Below are positions 38,849 to 50,172 of a stretch of DNA of 64,000 nucleotides, one piece after another. The DNA comes from Magallana gigas (lineage: Eukaryota). Location: positions 52,328,001-52,392,000 of the forward strand of contig NC_088856.1 in the NCBI RefSeq assembly GCF_963853765.1, given 5' to 3'. Below the pieces are notes generated by a model. That model did no database searches. It was given only the letters and a program-made list of their open reading frames with translations, and was not told the origin of the DNA. How positions within the stretch are numbered: position 1 is the first letter of the stretch; every line of letters begins with the position of its first letter. The translations under genes were made by a program, and so were the position numbers.

Positions 38849-41800
38849 TCAAACCATTCTGAGTGTGAGGGCTTTGTAAATGAATTTTCCTAAATTACAC
38901 AATTCTTTAATATTGTTAACACTTAATAACTGTATTAATTTGTACATGGATGGTTTACACCAGTAATACTTTTTTATGAGCTTTGATCGTAATGCTAAGT
39001 ACATTGGACATACAAGTATAAAATGATATTCGTCTTCAATGTCTGTTATACAAGTTTTACAAAATCTTTTGTCTCTTGGTATATTTTTATGTCGACCTGT
39101 TTCAATAAGCAAATTATGTGAGGACAACCTCATTTTGGAAATACATTTTTTATACAACCTTGGTATTGATTTTTCTAAATAGTATTGTAAGCAAAAATTA
39201 TCAACTAAGTGCTTGTAAATAAAACATTTTGTTTCTATTTGCATCTTGCCATGCAGCGTTTGAATAAAGTTGTCTTTAAGTCTTTTCTGAATAATTGGTA
39301 AACAAATACGACTGTTTAAATTATTTTGACCATTCCACATGTAGCCAAGTCCCAGATTATATAATTGGTCCTTAATAAATTTTGCCCAGCTTTGATAATT
39401 TTGCTTTTCGTTTTCACAAATACAATATGACCAGCCATAAGCAGCTCTTAATATACAATTTTCTGTCTGTAATAATTTAAACCAGAACTTAAACATTCGA
39501 TATATACGAATAAGATATAAGGGTAGACGCCCAGTCTCGAAATATAACATAGTTGTATTAGTATTTTTCCGGACACCAAGCACAAAGCGTAAAAACTCAA
39601 GGTGGACCTTTTCAATATCTTGTCCCTTGTGGGAACCCCAAACTTCACATCCATAATTTAAAATGCTACACACATAGGTATCAAAAACAGAAAACAAAGT
39701 ACAATGGTTTAAATAAAGCTGATTAATTGTTGATTTGAGAGCAAATATGGCTTTGCGACCTTGTGCCGCTAATTGTTTTTGAGTGGTAAAAAATTTACCG
39801 TTATAATTGAACATAACACCTAGATAAACAAAATGGTCCACAATTTCTAAATTTTCACCATTATAAAGCCATTTCTCGTTGGTGCGGTAATTCCCACCAT
39901 TTCTAAAAATAACCACTTTAGTTTTAGATACATTTACATCAAGGTTCCATTCATTTGTATAGAACTGTAAAATATTCAACATGCTCTGTAGCTCATCAAT
40001 TGATTCAGAAAACAATACCATATCATCAGCATACATAAGAAGATAAAGACTTAGCAATTGCAGGTCAGTGGGGGCAGTCCCTTTTCCTATAAATTCATTT
40101 TCAAGATCATTAACATATAATACAAACAACATGGGAGACAACACTTCTCCTTGTAAAAGACCAACATGATTTTCAAAGAAATTAGAAATATGACCAGAAG
40201 ATTTAACACACGTTCTAATTCTGGAATACATTGAACGAATTACTGTAAGTAACTTTCCCTGTATACCATAATACTTTAATTTTCTGTACAATTTCTCCCT
40301 ATTGATAGAGTCAAAGGCCTTCTTATAATCAACAAAACAACAATAAAACCGTTTTTTAGTTTGCAGCGCTTGTGAAACCAGGCAATGAAGTGCAAAAATT
40401 GCTTCTGTAGTACCTAACATAGGTTGAAAACCAAACTGTGCATCTGTGACAATACTATTGGAAGATGCCCATAATATTAGTCTACGGTTCAATATTGAGG
40501 TAAACAATTTACAAAAGCAGCTGATAAGACTTATGCCTCGGTAATTGTTGGGGTCATCTGGGTCACCCTTTTTAAAAACAGGAACAATAACTGCATCTGA
40601 CCATTGTGTAGGAAAATAACCGGATGATAATATACGATTAAAAATACTATGTAAACATGGCATAAGTATACCCTTGAATTCTATAAAATATTCATTCAAA
40701 ATATAATCAAGACCATGTGATTTGTCTCTTTTGAGATTGTCTATAGCATCTGATATTTCTTTTACATTAATTTCAGTGTCTAATTCTTCAAACACGGTAG
40801 TTCCAGTGTCCACCGGGGGATCGTTATCTGTATCGGTAGTAAATGTAGATAAATCTTCAAAATGTTTTCGGAATAGGTCCAGTTCAATTGATGTATGTTT
40901 AGGTTTTCTTTTCCGGAAATGTTTGTAGAATATTTTTGGGTTGTCTTTACGGAGATGATCAAGAAGGTTGCCTTCTTTTCGTAAATACTGGCGTTTAAGT
41001 TTTGCTTCTGAACGTTTGTAATTCCTCTTAGCTTCGATTAAGTTCAAATGGTTAACTCTGCTTTTTGTATTATTAAAACGAGTGAGTGCTGATCGATATA
41101 TCCTGTACTCTTTTCGGAGATCTTCATTAAACCAAGGTTTGTCAGGTGACTTCACACATGAATGAGGTCTCGCTCCACCTGAGTTTTGAACTGGGTTTGG
41201 ATACCTTTTGTTTATTTCGAAAAAGGGTCGCATAAGGTCACTCAGGCGTGATGTAAACAAATCGACCGATTCGTCAATACTAGACTGGGAATCACACAGG
41301 GTATTCTGGAAACATGCCACAAGGTCATCAGAATTCTCTATTAAAGCTGACTGGGCTTGATGAATCATGTCCTGGTTCCAGACGAATTTCGAAGACAATT
41401 GGTTTTCACTTTCATTAAGCACAGTTGAATTGCTAATAATTTCTATTTTAGACTTCAGTCTGACATGAAGAGGTGCATGGTCAGAGTACATAGTAAAATT
41501 TGCTACAATGAACTGATCAATTTTTGAAAATACATCAGGTGTAGTTATAACATAATCCACAACGCTCATGCCCCTTGGGCCAACAAATGTATAATCTTTA
41601 TCCATACCCAAATTATGACGCCCATTTAAAATTCTTAAACCACTACTTTTACATAATGATAATAACTTGTTACCCAAATCATTGATGACCATGTCAGGAT
41701 TAGTTCTACTTTGAAGACGTGTGTCTAAACCATAAAATAAAACTTCACTTAAATCTCTCAAAACATCATCATGTAGTATATCATACATTATAAAATCATT

Positions 41801-42271
41801 TGCATTTGCAGTTCTTGCATTAGTGTCACCAATCAACATCACTTTTCCAAAAGTCAAATATTTAACAATTTGGTTTTCTAGCTCACTAAATATATCACAA
41901 TCATAAGCTTGGTAAAAAGTTGAACTGCTTGGTGGTATATACACACATGCTAAATACAAATCTTCAGAACTATCTAATAGACATTTATCAAGCTTAAGCC
42001 ATATTATAGTGTCACACATATTTTCAAGAAAAGATACATAATGCTTAAGTTTTTCACGAATTAGAATAACACAACCACCTCCTTGTTTTGATTTTGAGCG
42101 CATTCTTGGAAAAACAAAGCTATGAAATCCTTCCACGTCAATTGAGAAATTATTTTCTATCCAACATTCCGTAAGGAGAACGATGTCATATGAGAGAATG
42201 TAACACTGGAATTTTTTATCACTGAATTTACTGGCAAAACCCCCGTTTATGTTCCAGCTGATTATCTTCAC
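38849..42271 (-). CDS. LINE ORF2: APE endonuclease + reverse transcriptase + C-terminal CCHC-like motif (1140 codons, uninterrupted)
   Basis: KIISWNING, LLTECW, MLIGDTNART, SVVDY, SDHAPL (APE); NNYRGISL, QFGF, FVDYKKAFDS, GLLQGEVLSP, LMYADD (RT); CKTC..DIEDEYHFILVC. Confidence 0.97.
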   Translation of the reverse strand: MKIISWNINGGFASKFSDKKFQCYILSYDIVLLTECWIENNFSIDVEGFHSFVFPRMRSKSKQGGGCVILIREKLKHYVSFLENMCDTIIWLKLDKCLLDSSEDLYLACVYIPPSSSTFYQAYDCDIFSELENQIVKYLTFGKVMLIGDTNARTANANDFIMYDILHDDVLRDLSEVLFYGLDTRLQSRTNPDMVINDLGNKLLSLCKSSGLRILNGRHNLGMDKDYTFVGPRGMSVVDYVITTPDVFSKIDQFIVANFTMYSDHAPLHVRLKSKIEIISNSTVLNESENQLSSKFVWNQDMIHQAQSALIENSDDLVACFQNTLCDSQSSIDESVDLFTSRLSDLMRPFFEINKRYPNPVQNSGGARPHSCVKSPDKPWFNEDLRKEYRIYRSALTRFNNTKSRVNHLNLIEAKRNYKRSEAKLKRQYLRKEGNLLDHLRKDNPKIFYKHFRKRKPKHTSIELDLFRKHFEDLSTFTTDTDNDPPVDTGTTVFEELDTEINVKEISDAIDNLKRDKSHGLDYILNEYFIEFKGILMPCLHSIFNRILSSGYFPTQWSDAVIVPVFKKGDPDDPNNYRGISLISCFCKLFTSILNRRLILWASSNSIVTDAQFGFQPMLGTTEAIFALHCLVSQALQTKKRFYCCFVDYKKAFDSINREKLYRKLKYYGIQGKLLTVIRSMYSRIRTCVKSSGHISNFFENHVGLLQGEVLSPMLFVLYVNDLENEFIGKGTAPTDLQLLSLYLLMYADDMVLFSESIDELQSMLNILQFYTNEWNLDVNVSKTKVVIFRNGGNYRTNEKWLYNGENLEIVDHFVYLGVMFNYNGKFFTTQKQLAAQGRKAIFALKSTINQLYLNHCTLFSVFDTYVCSILNYGCEVWGSHKGQDIEKVHLEFLRFVLGVRKNTNTTMLYFETGRLPLYLIRIYRMFKFWFKLLQTENCILRAAYGWSYCICENEKQNYQSWAKFIKDQLYNLGLGYMWNGQNNLNSRICLPIIQKRLKDNFIQTLHGKMQIETKCFIYKHLVDNFCLQYYLEKSIPRLYKKCISKMRLSSHNLLIETGRHKNIPRDKRFCKTCITDIEDEYHFILVCPMYLALRSKLIKKYYWCKPSMYKLIQLLSVNNIKELCNLGKFIYKALTLRMV

Positions 42272-42292
42272 GAAATCATCCTCCGATTGCCC

Positions 42293-42840
42293 CTAAGCTT
42301 CACCTCTGCCGTTTCCAGCGTCCTCTGTAAGTATGTCCGCAGGCTCGTCATCCTCGGGATCGTCTCTGCCAGCCTCTGTGTTAATGGTGTTTCCTGTCTC
42401 TCCCATGTATAGTTTGCCGTCAATAAATAGTTTGTCGTATTTCAATACAGCCCTTCTATTTTCCTCCAATGCTTTTCTCAATATAGGCATTAAAGCCTTT
42501 CGTTTCTCAACGATTTCTTTAGGAAATTGTTCTCGTATGTTGTACTGCTTGTTTTTGAGCTTGTATCCAGATGTCCTGACACTTTCCCTGACCCTGAAGT
42601 TCGAGAATTTCACAACAATAGGCCTTGTTTTGTTGTACTGGAATCGTCCAATCCTATGGGCACGCTCGATATTATCTTTAATGCCAACAATGTTCAGTTC
42701 TGCTTCACAGAACTCGTTGATCAGATTTGCACAGTTCTCCTTTCCACTGCCGCGGTATTCTGCGAGTCCGAAAAAAAGCAAATTATCCCTCATACTTCTT
42801 GCCTGCAGATCTGTAATTTGGCCTTGTAATTGTTTATTCG
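42293..42840 (-). CDS. LINE ORF1, C-terminal part (coiled-coil end + L1-type RRM/CTD), 5'-truncated
   Basis: ANKQLQGQITDLQARSMRDNLLFFGLAE...IERAHRIG...RPIVVKF...IREQFP...AVLKYDKLFIDG resembles L1-type ORF1 (established family pattern). Confidence 0.85.
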
Positions 42841-44394
42841 CTAGTCATGACAATGGTAATTTCTGAAGTAAGAACTGTTTAAAACAGCTCCGTTTTGTCA
42901 TGATGCCCATTTTTGACTGAGCATGTACAATTTGTAGGTCCATAAAATAGTTCCGTTTTGTCATGATGCCCATTTTTTTTGGTACATGTATATTTTGTAG
43001 GTCCAATAAACTAAATCATTTCCTGAAATGCAAAGCCCATGTACATCTAAAGATCTATGCAAGTTAAGTATATCATGATCATTCATAAAATTGTTGAATA
43101 TTTTTGTCAATATCGATTTGACAAGATATTGAATTTCACTCCTTTCGATGCCAAAATGGAGTATTTAGGAAATGAAAAATGCCCCCAAAAATTCAGTTCA
43201 ATGTAGCGCACAAACCAAGCTTGTTGGATTGTTTTAATTTTTGTGATTAATGAGGTTTAAATATAACATAGTCAATTTGTATGACTGGTCAAAGAGAGAT
43301 AACTCCAATATATCACACACGATTACATGTATAGATTATCAAAAATTTTGATTTGATTTTGATTTAAAAATAAAATACTTGTTTCCGTCTTCTGTAAAAA
43401 TCCGTACAAATATTAAAAGGTGGATAATTTTAAGCTCTTAAAAGTGAATATAAGAAAATTAATAGTAAATAAAAGGCATGTAGCAATGGAAGGGGGTAGG
43501 GCACATTTGTTTGCAAATCACATAATGACTAAACAAAATTATACCCCTCCACTTTTCTGTAACTGTTAAAAATGTATTAAAATTATACATCAAACAGCAT
43601 GATACAAAATCACTTTAATAAAGTTTTAAATAGTAATTAACAGCCCCCTCCCTCACAACCCGCAGATATGAATTTCGAATTTATTTTACATTCTTTTCTT
43701 ACACTTAAAGTTCGAAGCAATGCTACGTGCCTAAAATATTTTTTAAAAACTAACTTTTTCATCAGATTTACGTTTTCAACATTGTATTTTTTGGAAAAAA
43801 ATCCATTTATTAGCGTTTTATTAAACAGTTCAGCTGCTAACATACCCTAAAACCTTGAAAAAAAAAAGTTTTGGGCTTATTTTCAAAACCGTCTTATTTT
43901 CAATTCACTGCTGATTATAAAAAAAATTATTTCCGGCAAGTGACGAGAGAAAAATCACAGCTTAATGTGAAACCACTAAATTGAATCGATAGTTTGTGAA
44001 TTACTTGGTTATTCTAGGATATCCAGCTAAACATCTGTAAGAGTTAAATTATAAAATGTTCGTGTCTTTAATTCTGCGTGTCTATCTTTAAAACAGTGAG
44101 CTTTTAGTAATGACGACTACTAGACCTACTTCTACTCCTCATTAAAGATTTAGAAATTTTATTTTGAATCTAATTAATCATAAATGTCATGGAATTTTTA
44201 CAATAAAATAATGAAAACAATACTGTCTTTAATATATTACATGTAGAAAAAAACAACCTTTTATAAATGGTATTGTCATGACTAGCTTATAATTTCAATG
44301 CAACAAATAGGTGGTTAGTTTGAAAACCGGCTTATTATTAAATCCGGCTAATTTTCTTTTCTTTTTTTTTATAGTCACGGTTTTGATAATACTA

Positions 44395-44586
44395 GCGCGG
44401 ATCTGGGGGGATGGGGTGGGTCGGGGGGACCCCCCTTGCATAATTCAATTTTTTAAAATTTACATTGAAAAATTACCAAAAATATTCCTCAGCCAACCCC
44501 CCCCCCCCCCAGGCAAACTCAAATATTCGTCAGACACCCCCCCCCCCCCCCACCTCCTCCGGAAAAAATTTCTGAATCCGCGCATG
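44395..44586. mobile_element. Short MITE with (cat)gcgcggat...atccgcgcatg termini and poly-C/G tracts; relatives near 21300-21465 and 50320-50510
   Basis: agcgcggatctggggg ... ccggaaaaaatttctgaatccgcgcatg. Confidence 0.6.
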
Positions 44587-46160
44587 CAATAACTAGTATA
44601 TATATGCATATCACCGTCTTCAAATAGTGTCACTTTTGAAAACTTAAAGCCGAATATCTCATGTTTTTAATTGTTTGACCAAAAATGGTTACAACTGGTC
44701 TTAAAGTTTTCAAAAAGAATTTAATTAAAATTTGTTAAAAGCCGACGCACGGCGAACGACGACACACGAATAATAACGGCAAAAGTGACTAAGGTGACCT
44801 AAAAAGTCAGCGGATCAGAAACGCTTTGCTAGCGAAAATTTAAAAAAAAGTCAGTAGTCTTGGGCATCACAATCAAAATTTTAGACAAGATTGCTTTTCT
44901 TTGGAAAAAAAATTCAGACCGATTCTTTTTTAAATCCTGCACCGTTAATACAAATTTGTTTTTTTTAAACAATAAAATCAGTAGTCATTGCACCATCTTA
45001 TGCATCTTTCGTCTTATTCCTTGGGACTTCATATTGTTTACCAACATCGTCATAATCGATGACTGTCAATCAAGGCTCAAAAGACATCGATTGGACAAGA
45101 CTCTATTAACTGACATAATCTACTGATCAATTGACCTTTTGAACTGGACATGCTATAACAATAGTCAGCCTGTATACAAGGATTGACGACATCATCTACC
45201 CACCTATAATACCTACAATCTAAGTAGATTGCACACTTCCTAAAGGGAACATAATCATTGATAAAGAAAACGGGGCATTACATCTCCAATGTTGCGGTGC
45301 AACAAACAACATCGTTTCAATTTCTGAGGAGAATTTAAAAATGTTTCTGTCTTACCAATTTTTACCAGATCACGCAAACATTCAGACATTTTGCTCTATT
45401 CCTTTGAATCTGAAAGTACATTTTAATGCTGTAATATTTAAAATGATGGGGTGAAAAAAAAATATAAAAACCAATTAACAAAGTTGTTTACAAATCATTT
45501 ATTAGACATGATAACACATTATTTAAAGTATACAATATACAACTGCAGGGTTTATTACTAGAGTGTAAGAAACAAAAGTTACTCAATCTTCAGTGACAGG
45601 AATCTTTAATATGGAACAAAGATCAAATAAACACCATTCTAATGTTCAACAAATGTGGCACCTTCAGTTTTTCTGCTTTGAAAAAAGAAATGCATGATTT
45701 ATATTTCTATTCTGATGAAAAAAGATTGAAATTAACTCAATTTAATATAAACATGATAAAGGAGAGCTAAAAAAGATTTTTTTACAGATATTTAATTCCA
45801 CTTTTAGTGTTATTTTATCAACATTAAAATGGTTTGATTTCTTTGACAAATACCAAACAAGGTTTCTCTGATTGTATTCTTATAATGTACACAGTTTGTT
45901 TAGACATTAAATGTATAAACATTTGATTCATTGACAATACAATCACCATACTAAAACAGTTTGTTATTATGATGTATAAACATGATAAACAAACACAATG
46001 ATATTGTTGACATGAACTAAATGGACGTACATTTTATATGCATGACTCTATTATATAATATAATTAATTATCTTTATGCTAATACATGTTATATATATAC
46101 AGACAGTCAGTTTGTCAACATGTAATACATATAAACAATGTTACACTTCTGTGTAATGTT

Positions 46161-46558
46161 CTACACATATTGTATTTTCTTCACTTTACCTGTCCAGTTA
46201 TCAGCCACAAAGAGGTTGTCTCTGGTGTCCACACATAAACCGTATGGATACCGTAAATGACAGTTGTCAATGTAGCGGAGGAACTGTCCATCCTGATCCA
46301 GGATGTGGATACGGGCGTTGTCATAGGTACCGTCTACTGTCAGGATGCGACCCTGGCTGTCTGTTGTGATGCCGCGTGGAAGGAATGATTCCTTGGTAGT
46401 AGAGGGAGGACCAGTGTAGGTAAACCGGAGTTTCCCGGCCTGATTGACCACCACTACTGCACGGGCTCCACGGTCTGACACACAGATATCTAGGTTCCTG
46501 TTCTCACTGATGTATTTATAGTCACCAGATGAATAGAGAGGTTGTCCTTTGTCGTCGT

Positions 46559-46594
<36 letters not shown>

Positions 46595-47819
46595 ACACAA
46601 CTTTTGTTTGTTTATCATCATCATCACTGTCCATGACAACCAGGAGGTCACCAGAGGAGGTACTACAGACACCGAGAGGTCTCCACCCCCGTAGTCTGAT
46701 CACTGTCTTTATCTTTTTATTCTTCACTATGTTCACAGTTCTATCATTGTTATCAGTATAAACTAGATCCCCACGCCTTGTCACTGCTATGTCCTCTGGA
46801 TCGCTCCCTGACTTGGTTTTGACTGACTTCACTAGTTCCCCACGGAGGTTGTACAGTCTCATGATGTTGTCATCACACGTCCACATCTCCTCATCACTCA
46901 GACAGGACACACCGTGTAATCCTCTACACTCGGTGTTTATCTGTGTGATGATCCGTGGTACATCAATGAGCGGTCTGTCCAGGGGAGAGGACTCAGCACC
47001 GGGAGATTCCATGGTGTAGCCATGTTCTTCTGTTTTGATAGATGACGCTGACAGAGAACCAAACTGTTGATAAAGCTGTTCTTTGTTGATCTTCTGAGGG
47101 GTAAAACTTGGTAAGGACACTGTGAGTTTAGGAGGCACTCTTCTGAATTCATCATTCCTGGATTTGTAGGCAGAGACACGGCTGACATCATTGGAGTCCA
47201 GTAAAGTCTTCAGTTGAGTAATGGTCTGTGTGATTTCAGAAATAGTGTGTTTAATTTCATCTTCCTGTTTGTCTAAGACAGCCAGGTGTTTGGTGTCCGT
47301 TTCCTCCACATTAGATTTCATGTTTCTGATAATGGTGTTTATTTCTCTGTGCAAGTCTTCTCCATGTTTGTCGATTTCTGTTGTTAATTTCTGGGAGTTT
47401 TCATTCAGAGCAGATTTTTGGACTTGGTTAATGGATGCAATCTCTTGATATTTAGGATAAATGGATTTCTCTAGTTCTTGTAAATCTTTTTGAATGATTT
47501 CTTTCTTGCTTTCAATGTTTTTAGTTATTTCAATAAATGTATGGCCACTGTGTTCTTCAGAGGAAGCACATGTTGCACAAATAGGAATGTCACATTGTAC
47601 ACAGTAAAGTACACATAATTTTGTGGAATGTTTTGGACATTTAGGAGTAGATCCTCTCTTTTCAATTGGCAGCACTTTGTGTTCTTTGGATTGATCAGAG
47701 AGATGGTCCTTCTCACAAGCTTTACACAGATATTTGTTACAAATGACACAGTATATAGGGGGGACCGGGGTTTCACAGAGATGACACCGTAACACATCCT
47801 GGGCCCAGCGTTTGTCCAT
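46161..47819 (-). CDS. RING-less TRIM-like protein: B-box1, B-box2, coiled coil, NHL beta-propeller (552 aa, single coding exon)
   Basis: CHLCE...[17 protein letters not shown]; CPKH...[21 protein letters not shown]; heptad-rich middle; NHL repeats [52 protein letters not shown] splice acceptor (ttttttcag|) at ~47845 implies a 5'UTR intron. Confidence 0.93.
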
Positions 47820-48021
47820 GGTCTGATACTTTTACTCATATGCTCTGAAAAAATAAAAAGGTTGATATATCACTTTTCTATTTTTTGTTCATTTGACTAT
47901 TTCTTATGAAACTTTGGTTATTTTTGAAGAAAAAAAAATTGCTCTTGTTGCAAACAGGACACTTAAGAGCTTAAAAGACAGGCTTATAAAATTTCAGTAA
48001 TATTGGAGTAAATTAAAATGC

Positions 48022-48975
48022 AACAAGAGGCCCAGGGGCATTTCACTCACCTGATAACAAAAGCCAACAAAGAGCTTTAGACCATCTTTAGAGTATCAAA
48101 TACAAAATGTCTAGACAATTTCATAGAGTATATCTACATTTTCAAAGATTTTCAAACTTTTCTTCAACATATTTCCAAGTTGAACAATAATCTTCTTTTG
48201 TGGTATTAGTTTTTGAGAATAAGATTAATTTTTAAAAAAAATCTTTAAATAATCCAATGTTGAAATTCAACTATTGAGGCCCTATCCTACCCCTGAGGAT
48301 CATGATTGTACAAACGAATCTACAATACCTTAGGATGCTTCCACACAAGTTAAAGCTTTTCCGGCTAATTGGTTTTCAATAAGATTTCTAATGATTTTTT
48401 TCTATAAATTTCTATGTAATAATTTGAACCCTAACCCCAATGTTGACCCAACCTACCCCTGAGGATCATGATTTGAACAAAATTGAATTTACACTACCTT
48501 AGAATGCTTCCACACAAGTTATAGCTTTTCTGGCCAATTGGTTTTTGAAAAGATTTTTCTCTATGTATTCCTGTGTAAAAATTCAACTCTCCTCTAGTGG
48601 CCCGACATTAACTCCACGGATCAACTTGATTCTACAATACTTGAGTGCTTTCACACAAGTTACAGTTTCTAAGACTGATTGGTTTTTGAGAATTAGATTT
48701 TTCTATATATATTCCTACGTAAAAACTGGAACCCCAACTGTTGCCCCACTGTAACCCCCATTGTTGCCCATCCCTATCCCCAGGTTTATGAGTATTACCT
48801 CCCCTTTAAAAAGGATCTACACGTGGCCCAATTTAAATCCCCTTCACCCAATGATGCTTTGTGCTAAGTTTGGATGAAATTGACCAAGCGGTTTTGGATA
48901 TGACAATGTGAAAAGTTTACAACTGTGACAATGACAGACAATGGCCAAATTTTGATCAGAAAAAAACCTGAATTG
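48022..48975 (-). mobile_element. Non-autonomous Helentron-like (HINE/CvA-type) element with degenerate tandem core, in the TRIM 5' intron
   Basis: Begins aacaagaggcccaggggcatttcactcacctg; internal repeats ...cctacccctgaggatcatgat...aggatgcttccacacaagtt...; gacaatgacagacaatgg...tgatcagaaaa end. Confidence 0.7.
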
Positions 48976-49007
48976 GCAATACTTGCAATGACCAATTCTT
49001 GCCTAGA

Positions 49008-49102
49008 ACCATTTCTCGCCAGTGCATTGTTACATGATTTTAACAACACAATGACATAAAATCATATACATGAAATATGACGTAACAATGCACTGGCGAG
49101 AA
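49008..49102. repeat. Hairpin element with 22-bp arms
   Basis: tttctcgccagtgcattgttac ... gtaacaatgcactggcgagaaa. Confidence 0.8.
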
Positions 49103-49214
49103 AAAGTACTTGGCATGAATAGGTTGCATGCCAGTAGAGATAAAACACTAGGTTTAAATTATCAACATAATCATGTATTACATGTAATACCTACAGTTAA
49201 CAAATTACAAACCT

Positions 49215-49800
49215 TTTCACCTCCTACTCAAAATGGCGACAATGTGCTTCAGCTTTGGTGTTTTCTCTTCCTGATCAGGTTTCCTGTATAAAATCACGTG
49301 ATTGAGTAGTTTCAATACAACACAAAACCAAACATTCCAGTTAACTGAATAACTCTAAGAACTGTGCTAGTTTTAGTTTAATGTTTGACAAGTTGAAGAA
49401 CAGTAATTTTAATTTTCTTATCAGATTACAAAGATAACTGGATGATTTTAGTTTTATGATATGCTAGCCAATAGATATCAAGCTATAGATAATTTGGAAG
49501 GACATAGACATTTTAACGATTCCCTCAAAACTACTCATCAGTTCATAACCTTAACCTGGTACATTCTAGGCAATTACGCCAACTCTGTTAAAATCTTCTA
49601 CAATCAGTAATAACATTGATACGTTTAACAAACTACGCACCTCACAAAGGCATACAACTCAAAAATGACGACAATGTCCATGTTTTCTCTTCCTAGTTCG
49701 TGTTCACTCTAAATGACTCTTCCTCAAGTTCCTGGTCGGCGGCCTGTATAAAATCACGTGATTGGTTTAAATAGAGACAAAACCAAACATTCCGGATATA
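49215..49800. promoter_or_regulatory. Two duplicated promoter-like modules (TATAAAA + palindromic ATCACGTGAT E-box + YY1-like AAAATGGCG)
   Basis: cctgtataaaatcacgtgattg at 49283 and 49743; shared flanks actcaaaa(a)tg(g/a)cgacaatgt, gttttctcttcct, acaaaaccaaacattcc. Function inferred. Confidence 0.45.
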
Positions 49801-50118
49801 GCCAATTGTGTCAGTGCAATGGTTAACTTGCTGTCTTGAAGATCAGTTAAAATAATTTTAATCATTAAATCAAGGTTATAGTCCGATATTTCTTGATATG
49901 CCAATGAAATCAAACCAAGTACGTATGACATTTTACGTCCCTGGCCCTGATCAAGCTTAATTAAATGCAGTGGAAGGACAGTAATATTTTACCAATTGCT
50001 TAAATATTACTTATATAAGTTACTGATTAAATTTTACTCCCTGATGTGTAAGTCTCTACCTCTTCTTCCACAGACGACTCTTGACATCACGTCCACTGTC
50101 GTCTGCGCTACAGTCGCA

Positions 50119-50172
50119 TTCTCGGGCCTTTCCGGCTAGTGTTTTTCCGACACTAGCGGAAAGGCCCGAGAA
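50119..50172. mobile_element. Collapsed hairpin remnant of the 4066 MITE family
   Basis: TTCTCGGGCCTTTCCGGCTAGTG-tttttccga-CACTAGCGGAAAGGCCCGAGAA. Confidence 0.7.

Larger units (their letters stand above)
38638..42841 (-). mobile_element. 5'-truncated non-LTR retrotransposon (CR1/L2 group LINE)
   Basis: Partial ORF1, intact ORF2, and a 3'UTR ending AATAAA-GAAATTGAATTGA (short tandem tail). Exact clade not determinable without a phylogeny. Confidence 0.9.

Noticed and set aside
38636-42847. AGTCA as target-site duplication of the LINE
   Set aside because: Only 5 bp, and offset at the 5' junction; it could be chance or microhomology.
42333-42866. Plus-strand 177-aa ORF and other antisense ORFs over the LINE and TRIM genes
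   Set aside because: Shadow ORFs opposite real coding sequence, with no recognisable motifs.
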